DNA of 64,000 bases from Octopus sinensis (GCF_006345805.1 NC_042998.1:2914001-2978000); one strand, 5' to 3'; counted from the stretch's first letter, positions 37,168 to 51,310 are shown. Notes: a model not told the origin generated them from the sequence alone. Translations and numbers: made by a program.

Positions 37168-37567
37168 TTTTTATATATAAAAGTGAGGTTGTGTGCTGTC
37201 TGTCTCCTACGATTTAGATTCCTAACTACTCCCACATTTTGCAGTGCAGTTTAACCAAAACCAGGTATCTTATAGTCGTGATTCATATCGAGCCCTTCTG
37301 GGTATTAGCGCGCGTCTACAATGAGTCTACAATTTTAGAAATATTTTACCATCATTTTTTTCCATTTTAATGCATTTTTCGCTATTATATAAAGGAAGTA
37401 ACTCTCTAAAAATGTCTACGATGAGTCAACGATTTAAAAAAAAATTTACCATCATTTTTTTTTCCATTTTTAATGCATTTTTTGCTATTTTTTGGCTATA
37501 ACTCTCTAAAAATGCTTATATAGTTATTTCCCTTACAAACCCGAGCAACGCCAGGCGATACTGCTAG
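37168..37567 (+). mobile_element. Non-autonomous Helitron-like element with an internal ~100-bp tandem duplication
   Basis: T.TTTATATATAAAAG 5' end and a CCCGAGCAACGCCAGGC hairpin plus CTAG|T 3' end shared with 30772-31591. The block tctac.atgagtc.ac.attt...taactctctaaaaatg is present twice. Confidence 0.75.
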
Positions 37568-39377
37568 TCTATATATATAATGTAAATATATAAATTTTGT
37601 AAAACATTATATAATGTACAGAAACATATGCAAACATTATAAACATTATATAATGTTTGTAATTTCTTTCATCATTTACTTGTTCCAGTCATTGGACTGC
37701 GGCCATACTGGAGCATCACACTGAAGAATTTTGGTCAGCTTTATCGACCCAGTACTTATTATTTTCTTGTAAAGCCTGATAATTTATTTTATCGGTCTCT
37801 TTTGACATACTGCTAAGTTACAGGGACATAAACACACCAACACCAGTTGTTAAGCAGTGATGTGGGACAGACAGACAGACACACACAACAGGCTTCTTTC
37901 AGTTTCCGTCAACCAGATCCACACAAGGCTTTGGTTATCCCTAGGTTATAGAAGACACTTTCCCAAGGTGCCAAGCAGTGAGACTGAACCAGGAACCATG
38001 AAGTTGGGAAGCAAACTTCTTACCACACAGCCACACAAACATTATATAAAAACAGTAAATATATTGTAATTTATTTGTGTTAGACTTATCATAGAATATC
38101 TCATCAACAGCTCTGTAACAGTGGATTCTTGCACCTTTGCATTCAACATGAGACAGGTTGTTACACATCAACCATCAAATGTGACCTGAATGAAAACCAA
38201 GGTTCCAAAAGTGAAATTAACCAAAATGATTAGAAACCATTTTCCAGGACAATAGGAAGATTTGAATTCAGCACTACAAGTTAATAAGACACTCGCTAAA
38301 TTATGCAACGATTTCATTCAATTCATTCATTCCTTCCTCCTTCTTTCTTTCTTTCACTTGGGTACATGTTGCTCCAGCTGGAGTACCCCTCTCATAACCC
38401 TGCCCAGTATCATCTATTTGTATTGCATTAAGGATGTGCTTTACTTTCCATGCTAAGCCTGCAAGTTGATGAGGGTCTGTTTTTAGGCAGAACATCCAAC
38501 ATGGAACATGGAAATTAAATGACAATGAAGTAGTGATACTACACATTATATAGTCATATATTTATTTTTACATCTGTTTTATAATGGAAGTATAGGTTAG
38601 ATGACTATATTACTGAGAGACTGTTTCACAGTAGGATAAAACACAAAATAAAACCAGAAGTACTGAGATAAATTGATTTGACTAAAACCTTTTAAGGCAG
38701 AGCCCCATGTATATGTATATGTGTGTGTGTATTTAGTCTGAAGTGGAAGGAAAGTGCATATAAACTTTGCAAGCCCTCTCAACCTAGTGAAGTTCATATT
38801 CTGCTTGAACTTTTGTAAAGAAAAAAAAAATGAGAGAGAGGGGGTGAAGAAAGAAAGTAAGAAAGAGCTGCCGTTGTCGGAAGGAAGGACAGACAGAAAG
38901 TGTATAATAGAAATGGAGGAACAGAGAGAGAGAGATATTACAGAAAACAAAAGGAAAAGAAATGAGGCACCACTCGGGCAGTAAACGGAGTCCAGTTCTG
39001 AGGGGCAGGGACAATTTAGGTAGTAGAGACAAAAGGGAAAACAAAGAATAATAGTGATCTTAAATCAGTGTATTGGTGATTTAAGTTATTATCTGTTATC
39101 ATATATCTGTTTTTTTTTTATAAACATAAATATGTCCTCAAATATCTCAGGTACCCTGTACATCTAGTTGTTCTTGCTACTTCTCCGATCAATACTTCTT
39201 TGAAGCCTCTTAAACATTTGTGGATCCAAAATAAAACAAAAAATAAAAACAGCTTTGGGTTCAGGGTAATTAAACATTCAATTAAAACAAAAATAAAAAA
39301 ATAAATACAAGAAAGTCATTATTGATAATTAATGCCATATATCACACATTCTATGATGCATTTCTTCCATCACTTAC

Positions 39378-39522
39378 CGGGAATATTTGCTTGAAATGTT
39401 GCACTGTTGATCCTCTGAGCTCTTGTAACACGCCGCTCATTTGAACCAGTATACAAGATGAAGAATTCAGCTTCAGTGGGCAAATTCAAATTGTCTACAG
39501 TTACAACCAATTCATCTCCACC
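39378..39522 (-). CDS. AKAP13/ARHGEF28: Coding exon 2 of the AKAP13/ARHGEF28-like gene (GGDELVVTVDNLNLPTEAEFFILYTGSNERRVTRAQRINSATFQANIP)
   Basis: 145 nt, acceptor ttgaacag, donor G|gtaagt, phases 0 to 1. Lies inside ORF 39370..39579. Resembles ARHGEF28 LPEDAEFYFTYDGSHQRHV...LQSSVPGH (from recall). Confidence 0.88.
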
Positions 39523-40469
39523 CTGTTCAAAATATAAATTTGATATTTCAGATTTGATTTTCCAAAAAACTGAAAGCAAAAAGCAAAAAAGAAAAGCACA
39601 AGTTTTGCTGAATTAGCATAAAACACACCAAAGTTAATGAAGTTATCTACCAATGGGTTTCAGCTGTTTCTCAAATGCTGAAATGGAAGTTTCCTGCCAG
39701 AATACTCAAAAGCAACATATGTCATTGAAGATCTCTCCAACCCACATATGACCAACAGTAGGTTACCTCAAGATTTGCTCGCATCTATTGCAAATAAACA
39801 GTCTTTTTTTTTTATAAATAGTTGAATAGCTACTAATACTCTAAAACGTACACATTTCCTTTCAGTGATATATTTCTTGTATAAATGGAATGGTGAAACC
39901 AGGACATTGACTCATATATTAGACATTTCCCTAGACTAGAGAGATAAGGAAAAGCTTTTCACCACATAAACAACTTAGTACAACCACCATCTGCTATCTA
40001 ACACTATTAAAATGCATTTACTCTTCCAGACTAAATTTCTGTTAGTTCCACCTAAACATACTAAACTATCCACCTCTACAACAATTCACTCTGCCAGACT
40101 TAATACTAAAATGCTTGGCCAAAACATTTTTTAAACAAATCCCTCTGGAACTAACATACAAACTAGATTTCATTATCTGACTGCTAATCAGTAACCTCCC
40201 AAATCAAAGATTAAATGGTTCACTCATCCATCCACTGCCCCAAGAAATGTGACATGAACAAACATAATCTCTTTTTCTATGCTAAGCCCTAAGTGTCTAT
40301 AATAACCAAATCAATGATAACAAGCTTAGAAGTAGTAGTAGTAGTGGTGGCGATTTTTGTTTTAATTTTGTATGGAGCTTGTAAGCACTTTTGGATTGAT
40401 TAGTAAATTAAAGACAATTTAGGTTACTAATTAGGGGGGAAAATGGGGCTGCATTCATCTAACATCTCT

Positions 40470-41010
40470 TCCAGGATGATCTGAAATTGCATGTAAGAAG
40501 CAGATATCAATTGACCAGCTGAAGGAATAGACATTAAATTTGAATATCCATAGAGAATAACTACCTCTGCATCTAAGAAAAATATTGGATATGAATGAAA
40601 ATAATAGTATAAGATAGCATCTATGTATCATACTTAATGAAGATACATCATTGAAAGGCAAATTACTGCAATATTCATTCAGAGATAACAGCTTATATAC
40701 AATTGCTGTATTTAAAAACACAATATTGAAAGAAATGTTGGGCATAAGAGGAATTAGATGCAGTGTCAGTTTGGTGATGTGATGTGTATGGATGTAGACA
40801 GTTGCATACAGAAGTGCAGATCACTTCAAGCAGATAGAACTTGTGAAAGAGAAGACCCATAAAGATATGGGTCGAAGTATTGAAGGCTGATTTCAAGACA
40901 CAAACTTACAAAGGACCAAGATATCTGGCACCTTGCTGTACTCAAGAAAATTCATCCAACACAGCAGGACTGATACCAGTGCTGGTGCCACATAAAAAGC
41001 ACTCTGTACA
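40470..41010 (+). mobile_element. Highly decayed RTE 3' fragment
   Basis: gttgggcataagagg.att.gatg..gtgt...tgtgatgtgtatggatg.agacag matches the RTE at 27900-28000; ends in the RTE 3'UTR unit. Confidence 0.55.
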
Positions 41011-44000
41011 CTCTGATGTGTGTGTCTCTCTTTGTGCATGTGTTTGTCTCCCACCACCACTTGACAACCAGCATTGGTGTGTTTACATTCCAGAACTTAG
41101 CGGTTCAGCAAAAAGAGACCAATAGAATAATACCAGGCTTTAAAAAATAAATAAGTACTGGGGCTTATTCCTTCATCTAAAAACTTTACAAGGTGGTCCC
41201 CTAGTTTCAGACTAATGGCTAAAACAAGTAAAAGAATAAAGGAATAAGGGCAAATAAGTGACATTTTCAAAAGTACCAACCAAAACCAATATCACAGAAA
41301 ATACAGATCATTCCGGCTTTACCCCTCATCATCAAATAGAAATAAAATTTCAATTAATCTATATAATTATGAAACACGGTGACAAGAAAGTTAAACAATG
41401 AAGCAATACTGAAGACCTTAAAAGTAATTAGCTTGAATTTTCAACAGATAAAACCTAAAGCTAAGCTAATGAATAAAAATGGATACAAAACCCTAATCAC
41501 TAATATAGCCAACAATTTATGCCAGATTAATAAGGAGGCCACAGAAAGGTTACTCAACATACTAGGAATAGTAGCCAGATCTCACTCAAATCACACCATG
41601 TGATTGTAGGAAAGGGATCTCGTGTTAGATAATGATGTAGCTCTGTGTAATGTATGTAACTGAAGTTGGATGGTCACACTTTGGAGTGCCTTTGATTACA
41701 GGTCTGCTCAATGAAAGCTGGATTTGAGTTAAACATCAACAATGCGAATGTATGCCAGTATAACCTAGATATAAATAAGATGCTAGGTGTCATTTCAATG
41801 GGGAAATAATCCCCTTTAATCACCATTAAGCACACTGAGAGGAAGATCTAAAAACGATGTCACCAATGACCTGGAGCAATATATCATAAATCAACAAAGG
41901 AACCTTTATATGGTTGCTTGACATGCAAGAAATAGTAGGCAAATGTCCCTCAAATCACATCTTACTGTATTGAAAGGATGAATATAATGGTTCTTGATAT
42001 GCAATGCCTGTGAGACGATGGGTTTGTCATGGATGAAATGTCTTTCATCCCAGATTTGCTTATTCAGGACTGACCTGGGGTTAAACATGCACAACATCAT
42101 ATTCTATATGTATATATTCTGTATGTATAGACCTGCTATACATTTCAGAAAATAATGATGTTAACGAAGCTGTTATCTACATGTAATAACTTATTTTAAC
42201 ATCTTAGACCTAATTAGCTGTGAAAACAACAAAAGCAGCAGAACACACATAAATTATTTTTATAAATTAGTCAAAGAAAGTGATGTGGCACTCGTAAAAT
42301 TTGTAGGTTACAGGTATTCAGCTATGAATAAATAACTCCATTATCTTCCACATGCATGCATTCAGACACACACAAACACACAATCTACATCTTTTACTTA
42401 TTTCTGTCTGCTCCTGTGCAACTAAACCCTTGTGGGATATTGTCTTGTGTATGCTTGCCAATAGAAAACAATAGACTTGCCATGTCTAATACCAGTATTA
42501 GGGAAACTCAGCTACTGCATAGCAGAAGTCTGCTCCACAAATATTAAAACCTGCAAGATACTGATATCATCTGCAAGTTTCCATGAAAACAGTGGCACTA
42601 ATAAGCTCTATCATAGAAGAAAAGAGTAGGAAAGAAGCTTAAACTCAATGTAGGCAGCTTTGCATGTCATGTGGTATTGTTCAGATAAAATCTGCAAAGC
42701 AATGGCAGCAAAAATAGATTAACCAAATGCTCAAAAGTAAAAGAAAAATCTATAAGCAAGTAGTGAATGCCTCAAAAAGTACTGATAACCAAATACCTTC
42801 CAGAATTACTGGACTAGGTTACCCAAACAAAAGCTTTGAAGTAAAGCACTTCTCATATAGCAAATAATGGTAATGCATGAATGTTTCCCTTGAGCTTAGA
42901 GATTTGGAAATGGCTTGGTTATTGCAAGAGCTTCCAGTCAAAAACTCTGCTTACGAGATTCCAGGAGCCACCAGGAGACAGTGCACACTGTTTTGGAGCC
43001 TATCTCTCAACTACTGCACATTTGCACTCTACCCAACCTTCCACTCAGACCTTCCACTTTACTGATGTGAGATTCTGCCTACCAGATCAACTGACTTATT
43101 CTATCTTAAGTCCATTTCTGGATTCTCACCATCATTCAAATTGTGGAGTCCCACTTGCCAAACAGGCACACCTCACATCACCTCTCCAACCAGGCTTCAT
43201 CATACATTTTTTAGTCGTATCAAATGGCTGGCTCGCTCAACTGTTGATTGAATTTCCTTCAATTATCATTGATACTGATTGACATTAGCCACAGTCTCGA
43301 CCTGGCTTCAGTAAGAAACCAGATTGAGGCTATGGTTACCATCAACTTCTACAAGAAAGTGTGCTGCATTCCAGCTAACATCAACATGAAGTGTAGCCTA
43401 TCTTGGATTCACAACCACTATGTTATGTCACATTTTTAGAAATTATACTCATGAAATTCAAGAGAAGGAGATAGTTACTAAATACCCAATGTACATAAGG
43501 ATCTATAAAAGCTTTAAACCCCCAAGATGCAGCCAAAAATGTTCTATGGGACATAGATATTGTTCTATGGGACAGGGGACAAAAGTCATACATGATAGCT
43601 AAAAGCAATCATTTGAAGGGCATGAAATTAGGTTTTAGTAAGTAAACCCTGGAAAGACTATAATCAGTTAACATCAATGTCAGAACATTAAATTATCTTT
43701 GCGCAGTAGCAGTTCCTTTGATTTAATCTATTTTGCAAAACAATAGCAAAAAATTCCTGATATGATGCCATAAAGTTAGTATTGTGAAAACAAAACAGTC
43801 GGTATCGACCAGAATGAAGAAGCAGTGGGGGAAAGTTTCATCATTGACTCTTCTAATGACAACATCCACTGATTCCAATGTTGATGCTTTTCTCTTCATT
43901 CATGCTTTCAAATAATCTAAAGAAGGAAATTCTTTATAAAAGAACAGCTAACTTTTCAGACTGCCCCATCCCACAGTAAAACTAAAGTCTCATGTGTCCT

Positions 44001-45177
44001 CATTGGATGACATGCTACGATGAAATCAGGGTAAACTCAACCCAAAATATGGGATATTACTGGTATGTACCACGTAAAATGGAGATGGGAAGAGTTTCCA
44101 CAAAATCCTCAAGTTAAATGAGGGAAAATGTTATGCAACATGACTGGGGAAGAGCAGATACGGAAACAGAACCAGCATTCTGTCTACAGATTATGCTTTT
44201 TTTGTTGTCTGCAGAAATTAAACTATGTAGCTACAGCAAATGCTGTTCAACCATTCAGTGACACCTAGAACATATTGATTGTATATCAGGGCCAGTGTGT
44301 CTGTGTCTGTGTGAATATGCATGCACACACACACACACGTGTGAACGTTATGTAATTTGAGATGAGAGATTCAGTTCAATTTGTCATGTGAAATATATCA
44401 ATACAGAAGAACAACAGTTTAATAACCAAATGGTATTATGCAAACTAGATTTTTAGATGACCTTATTATGCTGTATTTATCTTTATATTTTATTTGCAAT
44501 AACAATCAAATATTAAAATGGTCTGAAATAAACAATTATTACACCAAATTTTTCAATGTATATCAGAACAATTGATACAACTCTATAGTGTTTCATGCAT
44601 AGTGGTTTTGCACAATGGACTACAGAAACATCAATTCAGATAATTCACTACCAGTTTACAGTCATTACTTTGTACAATGAATTATGACTTATATACAACT
44701 AGGAAGTAGGGCCTCATAAACGAAATGACAAAAGAACACAATGAGTAACTATGATTTATGTGTCAGGTCTATCCAACCCATGTTTACATAGAAAACAGAT
44801 GTTAAAGCAATGATGATATACATCTAATCAATGCATTCATCATGTGTTTACCAGCTACATAGACATTTTTTTTTTTGTTTTTTGTAACTTCAATTTCAGA
44901 GCTTCATTTATTTAAAATGTCAACATCTTTTACTAAACATTAGAAATATAAATTCTTCTTCCTAAAGCACTATTAAACTTGGATAACGTATAGCAATGTT
45001 ATAGGTTATGCAAGTTCAAACACAAGTCAGTATAATTAATAAGAACATCACATATACTCATGAACTATTTCTAAATACACATGGAGATATCAACACTTTG
45101 TACCAACATCTTAACATGAATGCAGAGAGAAACACATCAACTCCTATGTAAAATAACTCTTTCAAATTTCATTTTTA

Positions 45178-45833
45178 CGAGGGTGAGTTGAAAAGTTCAT
45201 AGGCTGACTATGAAAGGGTAATGCAAGAAATGCAAAATCTTGCATGCAATTCAACTCTTATTAATAACTGCATTTTTTTCTTTCCAGATAAACTGACACG
45301 TGATTGCTCAAAGAAAACTTCAAAAGTAACTAGTTTTGACTTCTCTTGAAAACGGACAAAATTTAGCATCTTCAAAAAGGTTACACCCTCAACGGAGAGT
45401 ACTATGCCAACTTGTTGAGGCGGTTACTAAAGACTATCAAAACCAAACACCCAGGAAAATTGACGAAAGGGGTCTTGTTTCATTAGGAAAATGCTCCAGC
45501 ATACAAGACCTTGTTTTCAATGGCTGCTGTGCATGACTGTGGCTTTGAACTGGTTGATCACCCTCCATATTCTCCTGAATTGGTCCTATCTGACTATCAT
45601 CTATTCTTCAACATGAAAAAAAAAAAAGACTTGGCTAGGAACCAGTATCACACAGATGATGGCATCATATCTGATCAACAAGATAAAAACTTTTTCACTA
45701 ACGGGATACAAACACTGCAATAGTGGTGGAAGAAGTGTGTGAATCGCAAAGGGGATTATGTTGAAAAATAAGTCATTTGGTCACATTCCATGAGAATATC
45801 TTATCAGCTTATGAATTCTTCAGCCAACCCTCG
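45178..45833 (+). mobile_element. Internally deleted mariner (irritans-like) with TA TSDs
   Basis: TIRs CGAGGGTGAGTTGAAAAGTTCATAGGCTGA / TCAGCTTATGAATTCTTCAGCCAACCCTCG. Relic GEYYANLL, GVLFH.ENAPA, GFELVDHPPYSPELVLSDYHLF and KGDYVEK. Confidence 0.9.
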
Positions 45834-45879
45834 TAGAATGTTCTTCACATTTAACATCACGAAACAATTAATTTTACAC

Positions 45880-45914
<35 letters not shown>

Positions 45915-46307
45915 AACTATATAGGTGTGGCTGTGTGACAAGAAACTTGCTTCCCAACCACATGGTTCCAAGTTCAGTCCAACCTCATGGCACTTTGGGA
46001 CAAGTGTCTTCTACTAAAGCCTCAGGTCAAGCAAAGGTTTGTGAGATTTGGTAGAAGGAAACAGAAAGAAGCCCATCATGTGTACATGTGTATCTTTGTG
46101 TCCGTATTTGTTTCCCACCACTGCATGACAGTTGTTATTGGTATGTTTATGTCTCTGTAACTTAGCAGTTCAGCAAAAGATATCGATAGAATAAGTACCA
46201 GATTTTAAAAAGACAGTACTGAGGTTGATTCATTCAACTAAAAACTATTCAAGGTGGTGCTCCAGCATGGCCACAATCTAATGACTGAAGGAAATAACAG
46301 ATAAAAG

Positions 46308-46371
<64 letters not shown>

Positions 46372-48873
46372 ATATATATACACACAAATATATACAAATA
46401 ATATGGCTGGCTAATTGGCAATTTTACAACCTAATGGTAGAAATATATACATCACTAAAGTAACAGAGGACACTAATCAGCACCAGCATTGCTAGAAATA
46501 AGAGTGAAAACAACTCAATAGCTACAGAAGCACTATCGCACTATCTTAATGACTGACAAGAAAGGCAAGCTCCCTACACTCACAAATACAGCCAGATCAT
46601 CGATGACTTCACATTTTGATGTTTAACACATCTTAACGCTTATCGGTGGGTCTCACCGCACCTAGGGTTAAACTCAGGTTGCCATGCCAGCTTAAAAGAT
46701 TTCCATTGAAATCATATGCTGATTTCATAAATGGTAAAAATGAAGTGAGTTCATGGCTCGCAGGACGGCCTACTGTGCTTACCTTGGATAGTAGGGAGAC
46801 CTGCTGTGCTTGAGGAGACCTACTGAGTCAAGTACATCAACATCAAAATAAATATCAAATGGAAATTGTAGTTGTGATGCCTGTACCAGTGGCACGTAAA
46901 AAGCACCATCCGAACGTGGCCGATGCTAGCACCACCTTGACTGATGTCTGTGCCGGTGGCACATAAAAAGCACCAGCTGATCGTGGCCGTTGCCAGCCTC
47001 CCCTGGCACCTGTGCCAGTGGCGTGTAAAAAGCACCCACTACACTGATGGAGTGGTTGGTATTAGGAAGGGCATCCAGCTGTAGAAACACTGCCAGATCA
47101 GACTGGAGCCTGGTGCAGCCTCCTGGCTTCCCAGACCCTGGTCAAACCGCCCAACCCATGCTAGTATGGAAAACGGACGTTAAACAATGATGATGATGAT
47201 GATGAAGCATTACTACTAATATGCAATTCACATCTCCAAGAGAGCCAAATGACTGATAGATACAGTCCTCTGTTTCATTAACAGACCCATAAATCAACAA
47301 CCCTAAAACGCATTGTGAATTGTTAAGTCGCAGCTACACAAGCAGAAATAAAAGAACTAAACAAATGGGGTAAAATTACTGGCACCAGCTGGGGTATATT
47401 CATATGCAAATGTAACGTATGCAAGAGGCCGAACTAAAAACATTAAAAAAATTTTATATCTTTATGCAATGAACAGCCTGCAAGTTCTCAGCTTTCCTCA
47501 AATGCAGCTGCGCTTTCCAAATCTTTGACAAGGGGATCTCCACTAGCTTAACTGAATCCCCTTAAATCAAACAGCTCCATAAAATAATTGTTAGGCATTC
47601 ATTACTTTATATCTTTCATAAGGGATAAGACAGCCTAATCTCTTTCATCATCATCATTATCATAATTTAAGGTCCATTTTCTAAGCTGGCATGGGGCAGA
47701 TGGTTTATTGTTTATATTTTTTTTACATTCTTCAGTCGTTAAACTGAGGCCATGCTGGGGCACCATCTTGAAGAATTTTAGTCAAACTAATCGACTCCAT
47801 TACTGTTTTTTAAGCATGCTTATTCTGCTTTGGTCTCTTGTTGAACTGCTACATTATAGGGACATAAACACACCAACACCAGTTGTCAAGTGGTGGTGGG
47901 AGACAAACACAGGCACAAAAAGATATACACACACACACACCTTTTAAATTCATTTATGGTAAAGTTAGGGGTATGCAAATAAAGCTCCCATTTCGTTATG
48001 CCAGCTGCCGTCTAATGATACTGACCAGTAAGTCAGTTTTCAGAGGTTGCATCATGGTTATATTGATACAATATAAATATAATAAGGATAAATATAATAA
48101 CAATATTTCTAAGATGGAATTCATAAATATTTAATACATCACTATGCACATTTCTACAAATCATAGAATTTTGACATCAGAGTCAGTATTCTTGGGATTA
48201 GTACAGTATAGTCCGTAGTATCCATGGGCATCCGGTTGATCATCATCATTGATTCATTTCATCAGGCGAGAGTGCGTTATTGAATGAAGGTTTATCCTTT
48301 CTTGCCAATATGAAGGTCAATCTAGCTAAAATTATTGTTATTATATATATGTATACACACACAATGGGATTCTTTCAGTTTCCATGTACCACATCCACTG
48401 ACAATGTTTTGGTCAGCCCAAGGCTACAGTAGAAGACATTTGCCCAAGGTGCTATGCAGTGGGACTGAACTCAGGACCATGTCGTTGGGTAGCATGGTTT
48501 CTGTGATAGGATACTCTTCCTAATACAAACCACATTAGTTTGTACTGGATGCTCTTTTTCTGAGGAACTTACAAGACAAGGGGGGAAAAAGAAAAAAAAA
48601 TGGGGGGAGAAAAAGTTCCTACTTCTGAGTGGGGGGAGGACACATTTAAGAGGGGGAGGTGGCTTTATGCTGTGTGTTGAAAGACTAAAGTTTGACTACA
48701 ATAGTCAGTAACGCATGACTGAAGGACATGCACAGGTGTCTTCAGGAGATGCACACCTACTTCAAATTAATTAATTATAAGAGTGAACACAAATACACAA
48801 TCACTGCACAAATCAAAGAAACAGTTGTGTTTCTCTTGCTAATGAAAATATTGATCCTCTGAACTACCTAACA

Positions 48874-48876
<3 letters not shown>

Positions 48877-48963
<87 letters not shown>
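48877..48963. repeat. (CT)n microsatellite
   Basis: Direct reading. Confidence 0.97.
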
Positions 48964-48966
<3 letters not shown>

Positions 48967-49655
48967 CCCTCCATTTGTCACCTTGTCTCAGATTCCACAC
49001 TTAACACTTCACCTTGTCCTTTTTACCAGAAATGTAACCATCTGAAACTTTTGTCCTTGACCGTATTGTTTCTACAAATGTTAAAGTTGACCAAGAAAAG
49101 CCATGTCAATTTTCATCAGTTTAGCAGTGGACATGGATGAAGAGGAATGCAGAACTTATGGACACTAACCTTTATAATCTGATTAACTTATAAAGAATAT
49201 ACCTAATTCTTTACTGGACTCTCCTTCATTATTAGCCCAATCTCCTCTTCATCCTATATTAACAGCCATCAAGAGCAACAAATCTTTTGATGCTGAAGAG
49301 GAGAAGGGTATTCCTACCATTATCATAAAATGTGTTCCTGAGACCCTTTCAATCTTTAATGAATTCATCAATTCTCTCTTTCTGGTGCCACATATGAGTG
49401 CCAATACCGGTCAATGCCACATAAGATTATCTGGGGAATAAATTTTCAATTTTTGCCAATTGAATTAGATTTGACAGTTAATTCTTGATAATTTGGGTGC
49501 ACTGAGCACAAATCTTTACTTGGTTTTTCTATATCAGGTCCTGATTTCATAAAACTACATGATTTAGTCACTAGTATACTGTAATTTACCTAAAGTGTAA
49601 TTGTAGCTTTGGTACATAAACGAAAATTTACAGAAAATGTTTATAAGAATCTCAT

Positions 49656-50163
49656 ATAAGCTACTGGGAAAGACTCAAGAGATTAAGATTCTATTCCTTA
49701 GAGCGTAGGCGAGAAAGATATGCCATAATATACATCTGGAAGATCCTGGAAGGACTTGTCCCAAACTTTGGTATCAAGAGTTACATAAATACTAAAACTG
49801 GGCGCCACTGCATAGTGCCAAGGACTCCAAATTTGCCATCAAGATGTAGGACAAGATACTGCAGTAGCCTGGGCTTCAGAGGTCCACAGCTCTTCAATAT
49901 CCTCCCGAAGGACCCGAGAGACCTGCATGGGGTGGATGCAGATATCTTCAAAATAAAGCTGGACCTCTTCCTGTCAGGTGTCCCAGGTGAACCAGCTTCG
50001 TGGCAGGATGTGCAGATGAGGGCAACTGCATCAAACTCTCTCATGCACCAAATGTCAATTGCTGAAAAGCATTCGTGAAGTAAAATCATGTAGCAACACC
50101 AAATGGCAGTGCCCCAGCATGGCCACAGCTCGTGAGCTGAAACTAGTTGAAATGAAATGAAAT
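49656..50163 (+). mobile_element. CR1/L2-group LINE 3' end with a (GAAAT)n tail
   Basis: SYWERLKRLRFYSLERRRERYAIIYIWKIL...RGPQLFNILPKD.R....FKIKLDLFL..VP.EP...ASNSL; tail ggcagtgccccagcatggccacagctcgtgagctgaaac. Confidence 0.85.
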
Positions 50164-50442
50164 ATTGCATAAGGTTGGGACACATAGAAATGTTAAATAT
50201 TTAGGTAATTAACTTTTGATAAAATTCATAAAAGTAAGTCTCTCGTCACTTTTGTTAATGCGTTCTTACTCATGTGGTCATGTACAGGTACGTTTGACTA
50301 ACTTTGAATAGAAATAACGAAGGTGAATTTAATCGAATGGAAGTTAGAGAAGATTGATTCAATAGAATTTAGCTGCATCATGAGAGCAATTTTTATTTAT
50401 GTCAAAAATGATCTTTTGACACATTTTTTTTTTTTCCCATAC

Positions 50443-51310
50443 AGGTGTGGAAAGAGCCTACTAACCATGAGACTGATTGCTACTTTTGCTTAGTCAAGAC
50501 TTCAGGCTTCACTACATAAAAAATAAACACTGAATCAAGTATCCAAAATTTCAACACTGCAATATGACCTGCACTACATCATCATCATCATCGTTTAACA
50601 TCTGCTTTCCCTGCTAGCATGGGTTGGACGATTTGACTGAGGGCTGGCGAACCAGATGGCTGCACCAGGCTCCAATCTTGATCTGGCAGAGTTTCTACAG
50701 CTGGATGCCCTTCCTAACGCCAACCACTCCGAGAGTGTAGTGGGTGCTTTTACATGCCACCAGCACGAGGGCCAGTCAGGCGGCACTGGCAAAGACCTCG
50801 CTCGAATCTTTTACACATGCCACCGGCACAGGTGCCAGTAAGGCTATGCTGGTAACGATCCCACTCGAATGGTGTTTTTTACGTGCCACCGGCACAGGGG
50901 TCAGATAGCCGCTCTGGCAACGATCACGCTCGGATGGTGCTCTTAATACCCTACTAGCACGGGGCTCAAGTGCCAGTAAGGCGACGCTGGTAACAATCAC
51001 GCTCGAATGGTGCCTTTTAAGTGCCACTGGCACCGAAGCCAGTTAGCCGCTCTGTCAATGATCACACTCGTATGGTGCTCTTTCACCCCACTAGCACAGA
51101 CGCCAATCATTGAACTGATTTTTATTTTTGAAATTCCCGTTCCAATATTTAGGAGTTTACCACCTCAAGAATTAGTTGAAGATGTTCCAGAAAATATTGT
51201 TATGCACACTGAGGAGTCTGACACAGATTTGAACCCCAGCAAATTTGAAAGTCAAAATGATCTGCAAAAATTGAACCAGGCCAAGTTGAATGATCTTGGA
51301 AGAGTTGAAT
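50443..51310 (+). mobile_element. Chapaev3-like DNA transposase relic split by an RTE 3'UTR insertion (50577-51125)
   Basis: VWKEPTNHETDCYFCLVKTSGF...YP..NTAI.P.LH before the insertion and EIPVP...LNQAKLNDLGR after it. These match the WREP.NH..DCYFC / SAIRPVPH / Q.ELNDL.R motifs as recalled for Chapaev3-type transposases. Confidence 0.6.

Noticed and set aside
42700-43430. ORFs 42877-43439 as possible host exons
   Set aside because: No phase-compatible splice sites linking them to the gene. The sequence looks like a very decayed LINE fragment that cannot be classified by eye.
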